NCBI GenBank assembly: GCA_964019425.1
Contig: OZ025780.1
Location: forward strand, 1,736,001-1,800,000
Reading direction: 5' to 3'
DNA: 64,000 nucleotides
Source of the DNA: Flectonema sp. DT1601
Lineage: Eukaryota
Under the pieces are notes generated by a model. That model saw nothing but the letters and a program-made list of their open reading frames with translations, searched no databases and was not told where the DNA came from. Made by a program: the position numbers and the translations under genes. Shown piece after piece: positions 35,120-46,712 of the stretch (its first letter is position 1; every line of letters begins with the position of its first letter).

Positions 35120-36190
35120 GTCTTTTTTTCTTTCGCATTATTATCATTATTATTATTACCTGCGGACATATGATCCAGTAGGCGTCCCTTTTTTTTTCGT
35201 TCTAAAAATTTCTGCGGATGCAAATTGAAGTTCGAGTGCTGGGAAGAAGTGAACAATAACAATAGCAAGTATGAGAAAGGGAAAAAAAAAAGAAAAAAGA
35301 AAAAAAAACTTAGAAAAGAACTGATGCGCATGTTTTTTGCATTTTGAAGAAATCCTCTACAGTGCCTCGTGCCAGAGAGCCTTGCGGTTGCACGCTTACC
35401 GAGTTGCAGTGTCCCACAAGCAAATCCTGAAATTTGCATAACATGGCTTCGTGTTAATTTCCCCTCCTCAGTTTTTTTCTTTCTTTTTTGTTTTTTTTTT
35501 TTTCCCCCTCAGAAAAAAAAAAAAAAAAAAAAAAACAAAACAAAAAAAAATCATTTTCAAAAAAAAAAAAATCACAAACTCCTGTCATGTTGTTCACAGC
35601 TACCAGAAATCGGCTTCATTTGCGTGTTTCAGTGGGACAGTTTTTCTTTCATTATTATCATTATTATTATTACCGCAGGCACATGACTGAGCGGTGTCCC
35701 TTTTTTTTCTATGTTGTAAAAAACATTGGAGATCGTTGAGAGAGAGAGAGATTAAACTAAAAAAAATAAAAATAATAAGCTTGCCTGAATAATTTTTTTA
35801 TGTTTTGTTTCTTAGTCCAAACCAATTTTGGTTTGGTGTACAGAACGGAGAAAAAAAAAAAAAAAAAGAGTTAAATACATATTAGCAAGACAGCCTGCAA
35901 GAATAATTTTGGTATTTTTGCCTCATTCTTTTCATAGAATGAAAGCAACCTCTTACTCTCTTCATCTCCTTTTGGGACAGTTTTATTTTCTATTATTATT
36001 ATTTATTATTATTGCTGTAGGCACATGACCGAACAGCGTCCCATCTGTTTATTGTTTCCAGGTGTTGGTGGACAGAGAAAAAGTGCTCTGATCATTCATG
36101 TATCCTGATCCCCCGGGACAGTTTTCTTTTCATTATTATTATTATTATTATTATTATTTTGCCTGCAGGCATATGACTTGCAGGTGTCCC
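35120..36190. repeat. Cluster of four ~70-bp repeats gggacag-(att)n-gcaggcacatgac..gtccc
   Basis: Copies at ~35120-35188 (5' truncated), 35634-35700, 35974-36042 and 36115-36190. Confidence 0.75.
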
Positions 36191-37771
36191 TGACATATTT
36201 TTTTTTTTTTTTTTTTGTTTTGTTTTCTCTCTTTCCCTCGATTAAGACGAGCCAGAATCAGGTGATTAATTTTCCCAGCTAGCCGGAGAGTCGGAAACTG
36301 TTTTTCGAATGTTATCTTATCTTTTATTGAAGGGAAAAAACATTAAAAAAAAAAAAAAAAAAATTGTGTCATTTTTTTCCCCTACTGGGACATCTTCACT
36401 GTTGGTAGCCTTACCGTCCACACCAAGTAGGTTAACATTTCCAACCCCCACTTGTATTCTATTTGAGTCATTTATCCATTTTAGGTTATTTCTTTTAGCA
36501 CTCTCACAAAAAACCAAACTGATCTTTCTCCAGGAACGGTGGATACAAGTCATAATACAAGTACTGCGAATAACAAACAAAACACACAAAAAATAGAACA
36601 ACAATAATTAAACACGAGATCTATCTTTTACATCGCAATAAAAGATTTCTTGTGTAGTCGTGGTTGTTAGTCTTTCGACACGTTAAATTGACGTTTAATG
36701 TCTCCAGCTGATGGCCACACACAAAGAAGTAATCGTAGTATGAGCATTTTTGACAAAGCACCTTTTCCTGTTTGAAATTCAGAGAACAAAAAAAAAAAAA
36801 ATAAAAATAAGCAAGAAGTATGCAAAAAAAAAAAAAAAAAGAAAAAAAAAAAAAAAAAAAACGAAATAATAAAACATGAAAACATATAAAAAGTAAGAAT
36901 AGAGCTGTGAGGAACACAGTTCACATTTGATTAAAGCAATCCAGCACCAGTACTAGTAGAATGCTGCATGTTAATCAGAAAACCCCTCTGAATGAAGATC
37001 TTCCATTTAGAAGAACCCGAGGAGAAAGGGGAATTCTTGAGCACCTCGCAAGGAGGGAGAGAGAAAAAAAAAAAAAATTATACATTTCAGTCAACACATA
37101 TCCGATCATTGAGGAGAAACCTAGAACTCGATTTCGATGGTGATGACTCCTCGATATTAGAAAACACGGGGGAAAAAAAAAAAAATAAAAATAAAAATAA
37201 GTAGTCCCTTAAGTGAGGAGCATTCTATTGTAGCAAAGTTAGGCTATTGTGGTGCGAAGCACCCCCCCCCCCCACTGTTTAATTATTTAAATTGAAAATA
37301 ATAATGTCCATATTTATATATTTTTAATTAAAAAATTGGTAGCCGTATTAACTTAAAAAATTTGAAAAGAAAAAGGAGGGAAAAATAAAAAAAAAATGAA
37401 GAAAGAAAAAGAGTGAGAGAGAGAAAAAGAAAATTAAAGAGGGCTACTTCTGTAACAAGGGGCTGCACTAAAATCGTTATTTTCAGTCCGTACCGCAGTA
37501 CTCGAACCTTGCCCGACGACCCAGTATTTCTTGAAAGAAAATTACGATTTAAGCTTTACGGACTATGGACTATTTTCCATTAAATGAAAAACGTTCTTCA
37601 AGAAAACATCTAAGCTTACCCTGTTTTCTCCCCCATCCCGAAAAATTTAAAAATCACTTGCTTTCGGTTAAAATGTGGAGATGCTGACTCAGCAGATCAT
37701 CTTCTTTAAAATTCTTTTTTTTTAAATCTTCTTTTTCTTGCTTCTTGCTTCTTTTTTTTTTTTTTTTTTTT

Positions 37772-37905
37772 GCATCGACGAAGTCGGAGAAGAAAACTAT
37801 TCAGATTAAGAGCCGTTTATTTATTATGTCAAAATGTTATCTATTTTCCCTGTGACGCCAGTAATACTGTCTGTGATCAATAAAATACTATGTTTATCTG
37901 AATGG
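37772..37905 (+). mobile_element. Short dispersed structured element, copy D (subfamily 1)
   Basis: Near-collinear with copy A; follows a T-run. Confidence 0.8.
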
Positions 37906-38166
37906 ATTTTCTTTTTTTTTTTTTTTCGTCGTTGGGCCTTTTCCTGAACAAACACGTTTTGTATCAGAAAGAGAAGAACGCAATGACTGTCGTATTTATG
38001 AATTCTTATCCCTCTTTCTTACAGATTACAAACTTACTCTTCGTAACGTATCAAGAAACCAATGTCGATTCAAGAAAACCTTTTCTTTTTTGAATGGTTT
38101 TAGTCAATCGTAGTTTGCCTTTGTTGATTTTTTTTTTTCCGTTTCTAGGCCCTTGTTCCCCCCAAG

Positions 38167-39234
38167 ATGGTGAGCTCGGCCGTTGTGGGAGTGGGGATAG
38201 GAGTTATGGGAAAGGGTGTCGCATCGCTTGGTCTCATCTTACAGAAAGTGAGCCACGTAAGAAACGTTACTGGTGTTCATTTCTGTCAGGATGTGCGATG
38301 GCTGTTAGGATTCTTAACATACTTTATGGGAAACTTAATAGTAATAATAGCTCTAACGATGGCTCCTCAAGTAATCATCGCCTCACTAGATAGTCTGGTA
38401 ATGGTTTATAATGCAGCCTTAGCTCCGTACTTCTTAGACAATGAGAGATTTACTAAGAATGACTTGAAGGCTTGCTTACTGGTAGTTTCAGGAGTGGTAT
38501 TTGTGGTGTACTTTGGACCTAAAACTAATAAGGAATATACGGGTGATGAATTATTGGAAATGTTATTGCAGAGATCGTTTTTGGTGTTTACAGTCTTTTC
38601 CCTTACGACATGTGCTGTTCTTTATGGCATTATACGATATGTTAAACAAACAATGGGTGAAAAGTATATAAGAGATGAACAATCTGTTGCTGGTTGTCTC
38701 ATGGCTGTTGCAGCAAGCACCATTCCAGCAGTTCTGAGTTCTTATAATTTACAATTATCAAAAATTGTAGGGGAGCTAACATCTCAGTCATTAAACGGAG
38801 GGGAGAATGAATTTGTCCACTGGCCCATTTATCTCTTTATATTCCTTTTGGTATCTTGTAATACTGTTCAAGTTATTACACTTCAAACAGCCTTGGCTAA
38901 TTATTCAGCTTTGTTGATTGTTCCAATATTTCAAGTTCAATTGACGTTGTTGGCTATTGTGAATGGAGGGATTTATTTTTCAGAATTTGAGAATTGGGGT
39001 GAGAGTGGTGATGGTTCTTGGTTTTGGTTTTCAGTTGGTATCATTGGCTGTCTTGCTGGAATCGTTATACTGGCATCTCGATCGATGTCTGATCCCATCC
39101 CACACCGCTCTTTAAATCGACAAGAGTCTTCTCACCTAGTTAGAAAAGACAGTTTCGGAAGACGTCAAAAGCACTTCAAACGTCAACTCAGCGAAGGAAT
39201 TGTTGATTGGCAAGAAGGCGATGAAGTCTGTTAA
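38167..39234 (+). CDS. NIPA-family (DMT superfamily) Mg2+ transporter, paralog 1
   Basis: GLILQK, W..G...Y..GN, AP..IIASL, ALA.YSALLIVPI and GGIYF.EF motifs; ~9 TMs. Confidence 0.85.
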   Translation: MVSSAVVGVGIGVMGKGVASLGLILQKVSHVRNVTGVHFCQDVRWLLGFLTYFMGNLIVIIALTMAPQVIIASLDSLVMVYNAALAPYFLDNERFTKNDLKACLLVVSGVVFVVYFGPKTNKEYTGDELLEMLLQRSFLVFTVFSLTTCAVLYGIIRYVKQTMGEKYIRDEQSVAGCLMAVAASTIPAVLSSYNLQLSKIVGELTSQSLNGGENEFVHWPIYLFIFLLVSCNTVQVITLQTALANYSALLIVPIFQVQLTLLAIVNGGIYFSEFENWGESGDGSWFWFSVGIIGCLAGIVILASRSMSDPIPHRSLNRQESSHLVRKDSFGRRQKHFKRQLSEGIVDWQEGDEVC

Positions 39235-39533
39235 AACACTCTCCTCTGTTCACACTTATAAATCTATAAACAATAACTATCCTTAATAAGATTGTTGTTG
39301 GACTAACGAGTAGGACAAAAACCATTTTTTGATTTTACAGTAAGCGATTTCTTGACAAAGAATTATATTTTTAAAACTTGTATTGTTTTTTTTTTATTTA
39401 TTATTATTTTTTGATTTTTTGACATCAGGGGGGAGAACGGAAACTGTACAAACGTTTTATATAATATTGTAGTGGGGAAAGTGTGAAAATTAATATTATT
39501 TTTCTAATTTTGTTGTATTAGGAGTTGTACGTA

Positions 39534-40649
39534 ATGGTAAGCTCTGCAGTCATCGGTGTTGGTATTGGTGTGGTTGGAAAGGGTGTTGCATCTCTCGGAC
39601 TCATATTACAAAAGGTAAGTCATGTTAAGAACGTGACTGGTGTTCATTTTTGTCGAGACCCCCGATGGTTAGTTGGGTTTATGACATATTTCTGTGGTAA
39701 TGTTATCGTAATAGTAGCTCTAACTCTAGCATCACAAGTAATCATTGCTGCGTTGGATAGTTTAGTGATGGTGTACAATGCTTTACTCGCTCCGTATTTT
39801 TTAGAAAATGAAAAATTCACAAAAACTGATTTCAGCGCCTGCCTTCTTGTAATCATCTCTGTGGCTTGTGTTGTTTACTTTGGTCCTAAAAACGACAAAG
39901 ATTATGCCAGCGATGAACTGCTACGTATGTTGGGTGCGGGACCTTTTGTTATATTTACTGTATGTTCTGGGGTTCTGTGTATAGGTCTTTGTTGCATTAT
40001 TAAGTATTTGAGTTGGAAAAAAGGATCCACATACGTGAGGGATGAAAAAACAGTTGCTGGTAACATGCTTGCTGTGGCGTGTGGTACCATTCCTGCGGTT
40101 CTTAGTTCGTATAACCTTCAGCTGTCAAAGATTGTCGGGGAATTGATTTATCAAACTTTTAGTGAAAATGATAATAATGAATTTAAAAATTGGCCTGTTT
40201 ACATGTTCATATGTCTACTCATACTTTGTAATACAGTACAAGTAGCAACACTGCAGACTGCGCTGTCTAATTATTCAGCTTTGTTGATTGTTCCAATATT
40301 TCAAGTTCAACTAACGTTGTTGGCTATAATAAATGGAGGGGTTTACTTTTCAGAATTCGATAGTTGGAAAGGAGGAGCGACGTCAGTCATTTGTTTCTCT
40401 ATTGGTATAACAGGTTGTGTGGTTGGAATTATTGTTCTTGCTACCAGATCCATTGATAAAATCAAAACAGTTGTTAATTCTACTGAGGATGCTCCTCTTG
40501 TGAGAGAAACTTCAAATTTGATAAAAAACTTATCCTTCGGATCATCTTCTGTGAACTCTGCTCTTCTTGTTGTTAATTCAAAAGATCAAACTCAGCAATC
40601 GACAGCTGCATGTGATCCAAAAACAGATACTCAAACACACACAGAGTAA
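39534..40649 (+). CDS. NIPA-family Mg2+ transporter, paralog 2 (tandem duplicate)
   Basis: Highly similar protein to the 38167 gene over the TM region. Confidence 0.85.
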   Translation: MVSSAVIGVGIGVVGKGVASLGLILQKVSHVKNVTGVHFCRDPRWLVGFMTYFCGNVIVIVALTLASQVIIAALDSLVMVYNALLAPYFLENEKFTKTDFSACLLVIISVACVVYFGPKNDKDYASDELLRMLGAGPFVIFTVCSGVLCIGLCCIIKYLSWKKGSTYVRDEKTVAGNMLAVACGTIPAVLSSYNLQLSKIVGELIYQTFSENDNNEFKNWPVYMFICLLILCNTVQVATLQTALSNYSALLIVPIFQVQLTLLAIINGGVYFSEFDSWKGGATSVICFSIGITGCVVGIIVLATRSIDKIKTVVNSTEDAPLVRETSNLIKNLSFGSSSVNSALLVVNSKDQTQQSTAACDPKTDTQTHTE

Positions 40650-40980
40650 TTATTCTCGATCTTTAGACGCCTTATTTCTTATTTTTCGAGATGTATTTCC
40701 CCCCGTTTTCCTGACCCAAAAGACACCAACCCATCGATCTGAAGATAGTGTTTTCACTATTTTCCGAGAGAAAGCAAAAATCCGGATTGCGATAAAAATT
40801 GTTTCTTTTGCTGTTCCTTCCGTCTTGTGACAGATTCGTCACTGAAATGATGTCTACCGACATTACGCATTTATCACTTACACAATGAAATATTACAATG
40901 TTTAATAATAATGAAAAATAATGTAATTGGGTTGTTTACTTTTTTTTTTAATGTTTTTTTTATCAGAACATTCAGCAAGT

Positions 40981-41595
40981 ATGGGTGAACAAGAAAAAAA
41001 GAAGCGTGTGAGTTTTTCTATGGAACCTGATGACGTCGCGTTGCTACCACCAGTGACGTTGGCAATAATGGGAACACCGCTTAATGCTGGTAATCAAGTG
41101 AAGGGGTGTAATGTTAGTCAACAGTATTTAGCTATATCTCTAGCAAATCCTGTTGAAGATGTCCCTCAGCAGTATACAGTTGATGATCGTCAAACTACCA
41201 GCAATAATGACAACACCAGTTGTAATATTAATTATGAAGACAACTCTTACTCGAACATCGCTAACTGGTCTCATCCTTACGATAGAAATGATGATCAGAC
41301 TCGTCGAATCGTTCCAACGGGAAGGTATAAATCAGGTAAGGGAGGAAAGGGAAACAATCGAAGTGGTTATCAGTATCAGACTTCGTTTAACAATCCGACA
41401 GTGAACATGAGGTCTAATCAATATAACAACGTACATCATAATCAGGGACATAACGGGGGTAATGATCTACAGCGCAAACTAAACGACTTTTCCACAACAA
41501 ATCAAATTGGAGGTCAAAGCTCTACGTGGACTTCAACGGATGGCTCTGATCGTGGCGCTGCTGTGAGGTGGTTGACAGCTGTCACTACTTCGTAG
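40981..41595 (+). CDS. Asn/Gln/Gly-rich low-complexity protein with an RVSF (RVxF-type) motif
   Basis: ATG follows a pyrimidine-tract AG; KKKRVSF; GKGGKG. Confidence 0.6.
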   Translation: MGEQEKKKRVSFSMEPDDVALLPPVTLAIMGTPLNAGNQVKGCNVSQQYLAISLANPVEDVPQQYTVDDRQTTSNNDNTSCNINYEDNSYSNIANWSHPYDRNDDQTRRIVPTGRYKSGKGGKGNNRSGYQYQTSFNNPTVNMRSNQYNNVHHNQGHNGGNDLQRKLNDFSTTNQIGGQSSTWTSTDGSDRGAAVRWLTAVTTS

Positions 41596-43618
41596 TTTGA
41601 CACAATCATCCTCATTTGATACAAATCATGTTTTGTTCTTTTTAACTTTTCTTACTTTACAATTATGCTTTTACTGCCCACACACATAGTTTTTTTCTTT
41701 CTTTTCCCCCTTTGCTGATTGTTATCCGTGTTTTATTATTTACCTTAATGTCGTAGCAGTATGGCGTTATTTGCGCCTTAGCTTTTTTTTGGCTTAGCAT
41801 GATCACTGTGTTTTTTTTTTTTTTTGTTCTTAGTAAAGTTTTACAGATTTTTTTTTTTTTTTTTTTTTTTGCATATTTGTTACAAGTATTTTGTGCGAGC
41901 CTTCTTAATAGTATGTGTTGGACAGCATGTGTTGTTTGAGTTTGTCCTGTGCATCATTTCAGTGTTATTCTCATCATAAAAAACTTTTTCTGGTATTATG
42001 GTAATTCACAAGTCTTTCTTGGTTCTTTTATTTCTCTCGATAAAAAGAATGAAAGCGTTGAGCACAACACGGTTATGCGGGCTATTTAATTTATTCTGTG
42101 GGCTTAAACAAAAAGTGTATTTCGTGAATGGAGTAATGCTATCAACGCATACTTTCGATGTTAGTGGTTTGAAGTTGTCTGTTGTCCACATGATTGGCAT
42201 TCGAAGTTTTTCAGTTGTGAAGACAGTAATGGAATATAAATAAGACGTAGCCGTGACTAAACGTCCTCCCACCCATCCGATCCCCTTTGCGAGAATTCTT
42301 GTCGTCATATCCAGTGTCACTATATTGTTTTATTTCCTTCCCAGTCCTGCTGACACGTGAGAAGTTTTATGTGGGACTATGGTTTCACACCGCTAGTTGT
42401 TCTCAGGCAACCCTGTTGGACTGCGTTAATGTGGAACAGATGCGGCGCCTCAGTCAAACTCCCACATGACTGGTGTCTCCAAACGAGGGGTCACGAGCCG
42501 AAGCCCTTTTTTTAATGAACATCTACTGAAGCTCTTTTATTGCTTGAAAAGCACGAAGTATGCAACTACTGCAATCGTAGTCCCCGACATCAGTGCCACC
42601 GACATGATTGCTTGGCAGCACTGATTTGTACCTGTTTTTTTATTCTTTTTTTTTAATTGTTTTATTTTTTTTTTTTTTTGTCTTTGAAAATAATAAAAAA
42701 AAATTTCCTTCGCTTTTTAATTTTTTTTTTCATTTGCCTCTTTTGTGTAATACAACTTTTTACGAGAGTGAGGTGGGGAAAAAAAAAAAAAAAAAGAGAA
42801 CGATGACAACAAATACACATCAAATTAAAAAAATGTTTTGACTGAGCTTTATTTCTTCGCATTCATCTCCTTCCCCACAGATTATCATAAGAGAAGTTGT
42901 TGTTGTTTTTTTTTTTTTTGTAGTTCCTATTTACAAAATCAATCTGATACCTACCATTGTACCATTTAGTTATCTGTGTTGTTCGTTGCGTATTGATAAT
43001 TGACGTTTTTTTCAATTTCGTTTTTTCACCCCCCATTTTTTTTTTTTTTTTTTTTTTTGGTCTTCCGAATGTATAAAACGAAGTTAAGTCGATAGTCGGT
43101 ATCTCAAAAAAAAAAAAAAAAATATATTCTCCTCCAACCAGACTTACTGGGTCTTATTTGAGAGGGAGATGAGATAATGAGATTCTCGAACCTTAAAAGG
43201 ATTTAAGTTGAGCATTTTATAGTTCACTTTATCGTTTTTTATGTTATTCATGATATAAGTTTATATTTTTACAAAAAAAAAATAATAATCAAACAACATA
43301 TCCCACTTCCAAAAAAAACCTTTAATTTGTTCTCTAATTTTCATTACTACTCACAACCCAGAACACGATTTTTTTTTATTTCTTTTTTTTTTTATATTTT
43401 TATTAAAAAAAAGCTTTAGAACGATGGATCTGAGCATTAAGTTAGTACTTGCTATCGCTGGACTACTTACCTTCCTCAACCTTAAAAAATAATTACGTCA
43501 ACATTGTTAGATGTGGTCATCTCATCTCGCACCACATCTATCCACCTGTTGTCGTATGCGGTTACGGAATGCGTTTTGTGAACTTGTTTTTCTTTTTCCT
43601 CCTTCCTTCCCCTCTCTC

Positions 43619-43649
<31 letters not shown>

Positions 43650-43909
43650 TTCTCCTTTCTATCTAAAGCTACCCGGAAAAAGGAAAGAACAGCTCACAAC
43701 CTTACATTTACGATGGTTAAAGTAATTGTTATTTAGTGAAAAAAGAAAAGCAACAAAATAAAAAAAATCTACTTTTTTACATAAACAGGCTAACGAATAC
43801 GACGTTTGTACGATGTATGACATCCCGCCACCATATTATATTAGTATAGTGTTGAGTGATAGTATTTTATATTTCTTAAAATAGGAACAATAGCTGACAT
43901 TTGCAAAAA

Positions 43910-44392
43910 ATGGGAAGCTCAAAACAAGTAAGATTTTCAGACACACATGATGTTGCTGGTGAGATAATAATATTTTCTGGAGTTAGAAGAACTGATCTGT
44001 CAAATCGCGTCACGGAGATGAAAATGAAACTCGCAAAGCAGAAGTTACGTCAACACCAGCAGGAAGAAGCTCGGGTAGTCGAATACGAGATCGATCAGAT
44101 TGTGGCTGACGAGAGGGAGAGAGATCGGAATAGAAAAATAAAAAGCGCAACTCTTCTAAATGAAAAACAAAGACACGCTTTGATCCTCAGAGAAACAGCT
44201 GCGATAACTCGAAGACAGAGAGAACGCCGGAGAGAAAATGAAATGGCTGAAGAGCTTTCCAAAATCGATCATCAAATCACACAAGTAAGGAACCGCAAAG
44301 CCCAGCTTGCCGAGGAAGGAACTGCTGTTGAAGAACTGCTGCAAAAAGCTTCTTCAAAAATAGTTCGTGGAAAGGTTCTTTATTCAATCTAG
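43910..44392 (+). CDS. Small coiled-coil protein with a KQVRF (RVxF-like) motif
   Basis: Charged helical ORF with coding-like composition. Confidence 0.65.
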   Translation: MGSSKQVRFSDTHDVAGEIIIFSGVRRTDLSNRVTEMKMKLAKQKLRQHQQEEARVVEYEIDQIVADERERDRNRKIKSATLLNEKQRHALILRETAAITRRQRERRRENEMAEELSKIDHQITQVRNRKAQLAEEGTAVEELLQKASSKIVRGKVLYSI

Positions 44393-44851
44393 TCTTGTCT
44401 TAAGTCAAATCACGAGCTCAAAAAACCTGTTGGTTCAAATATTCTAATCAAACGGACGTCACATTCGCTGCTACAAAAACAAAAAACTGATACACTCCAC
44501 TGAATGATGTCTTAGTCTATTCTATTCATTTTTTTTTTTTTTTTTTTTTTTTGCTTTTTTGTTTCACTCCTCTCCCCCTATATTTTTTTCGTCTGTAATT
44601 TGTTATGCTACACTCACTTTTAAATGTGATTGAAATTATTATTACTATTTTTTTTTCCTTTTTTTCTTTTCTTTGGTCCTTTTAATATTTTAATTCTTCC
44701 ACTGCATTAGCAAAGTGTGTTTTGTTGTGCTTATCAAAGAAATAATGTAAACGCTGTTACAGTTGTCTATGAATTAGTCCCCCTTTTTTTTTTTTTTTTT
44801 TTGATTTTTTTGTATCGTTATTTCCACCTGTTGCTTCAGCTGAGTTCTCAT

Positions 44852-44893
<42 letters not shown>

Positions 44894-44995
44894 CTGGCAT
44901 TTCAAAACACATTAATAGTCAGTTCCAACGAAAAGAAAGAAACATAATAATCCTGGTTTTGGAAAGGGAAAAAAAAAAAAAAAAAAAAAAAAAAA

Positions 44996-45122
44996 CCATT
45001 TCAGATAAGCAGCCTTATATTTTGTTGATCGCAGCTAGTTTTACTGGCGCACAGGGAAATAGAATAACATAATAAATAACGGCTCTTAATCTGAGTAGTT
45101 TATTCTCCGACTTCGTCGGTGC
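44996..45122 (-). mobile_element. Short dispersed structured element, copy E (subfamily 1, inverted)
   Basis: ccatttcagat..cggctcttaatctgagtag..tctccgacttcgtcggtgc is the reverse complement of copies A/D. It is flanked by A-runs on both sides. Confidence 0.8.
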
Positions 45123-45740
45123 AAAAAAAAAAAAAAAAAAAAAACTTGTTTCTTATCGTTGCATGGCTGTAAATATAAATCAAAGGCGAGAGATTAACCT
45201 CCCTGTTGTTTTTCACATCGGCAGAAAATCTGCATTGAAGTGGGAATCAGGAGCCATGATTCGTTCCTTCTAATTTATCAGCAGCAGGATGGAAAATACA
45301 TCCTCGCGCTGTAGCAAACGCAACTCAATCGTTTTTTAGTTATTCAATCAAAAAAAAAAGAGTTGAGTTCTTGTTTCTGTCTTTTCCCTTTTCAAGAAAC
45401 ACTCACACCATCTGAAAAGCAAAGAAAAAAAACAAAACAAAACAAAACAAGCAAACAAGATTAAACGCCTCTTTTGCACCGAGTTGCTGTTATTGCAAAA
45501 TGCTGTGCTCTAAAGCTTTTGGTTATCCCCCCCTTGCAATACAATAGGTGGTACCCGAATTACTAGATTCGATAACGTCTTTTGGTTCAATAAGACAAAT
45601 ATAAATTTTCCCTTTTATGTTTTCTTTTTTTTTCTAAATATAATTTTTCTTTGATTAACAACAACAAATATTTTTTTCAGTCAAGTACTTGATATTTAAT
45701 TTTTGTTTTTAAATACCCTAAAGTTGTTACTGTTTTTACA

Positions 45741-46197
45741 TTACAATGCTAATGCTCGAGACAATCAGCCTGGTAGTGTTCCAGGTTTTTTTATTATTGT
45801 TTTCTTTCGTGGAATGATAATAGCATTAGACACAATGTGATGTTTTGTGGAAACATGGAATCTGCGGTTAATTTTTTAGACAGCATAATTATTAATTAAG
45901 TACTCATGAGTTTTATAAAAAGCTGTTACGGTAACATAGGCAAGTGGCGCTCAACTATGTTCACGTGGCCTCCCCAGTGGTATTATTTATTTATTTGCAG
46001 TCATTTACTACGCTGCCGCTGACAGTCAAGATTGTCGGAGAAATTGTTGTTCCTTTTGAGCTTAAAAATGCAGTATCAAATTACCCCTTACAATGCTATT
46101 GCTTGAGACAATCAGCCTGGTAGTGTTCCAGGTTTTTTTTATTATTGTATTCGTGGAATGATAATAGCATTAGACACAATGTGATGTTTTATGGAAA
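45741..46197. repeat. Direct repeat pair of ~110 bp (45741-45853 and 46088-46197) with fold-back structure
   Basis: ttacaatgct..gagacaatcagcctggtagtgttccagg..tcgtggaatgataatagcattagacacaatgtgatgtttt is present twice. Confidence 0.85.
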
Positions 46198-46679
46198 TGA
46201 TGTTTTCATATGAATAGTGTTTTTTTATTGATCGGTTCGACTTCCGACTTTTTTAAATAATAAAAATTGATATTCACGTATTCTGTTACAACGATAACTT
46301 CGTAACTAAAAGGTTAAGTGAGTTCTTCTTATTATCTTTGCGGTGAGCTACTTAAGCTCATCATCTACATTAATAGCTAGCCTGTTTTAGTAGAGTTAGC
46401 TGGTACGTTACTGTCTTTTAGTTTCTGACTTCACTAACCTGTGCATGTCTGCGCAGGTTTTTTTTTTTTTTTTTATTATGTAGCCTTGCGAGATTATATA
46501 ACTATTTTATAGTGTGGTGTTGCACGTGGTTGCTCGTCAAAAATTACATTAATACGCAGTCTACTAATTCTTGTTTGCCTGTTTTTCAGAGCTGACTATG
46601 TGATTATTGATGTCTCGTAATCTTACTTTGTGTATTTTATTTTTCTACATGAAGCACCCATGCTGTGAAATGTTTTTTC

Positions 46680-46712
<33 letters not shown>

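Noticed and set aside
42352..42478. Loose inverted repeat atgtggga..tcccacat in a GC-richer patch
   Set aside because: Short stem, single copy, not distinguishable from chance by eye.
45106..45130. gtcggtgc end resembling the Cas9 tracrRNA 3' hairpin
   Set aside because: Short coincidental similarity; eukaryotic context with no cas genes or array.
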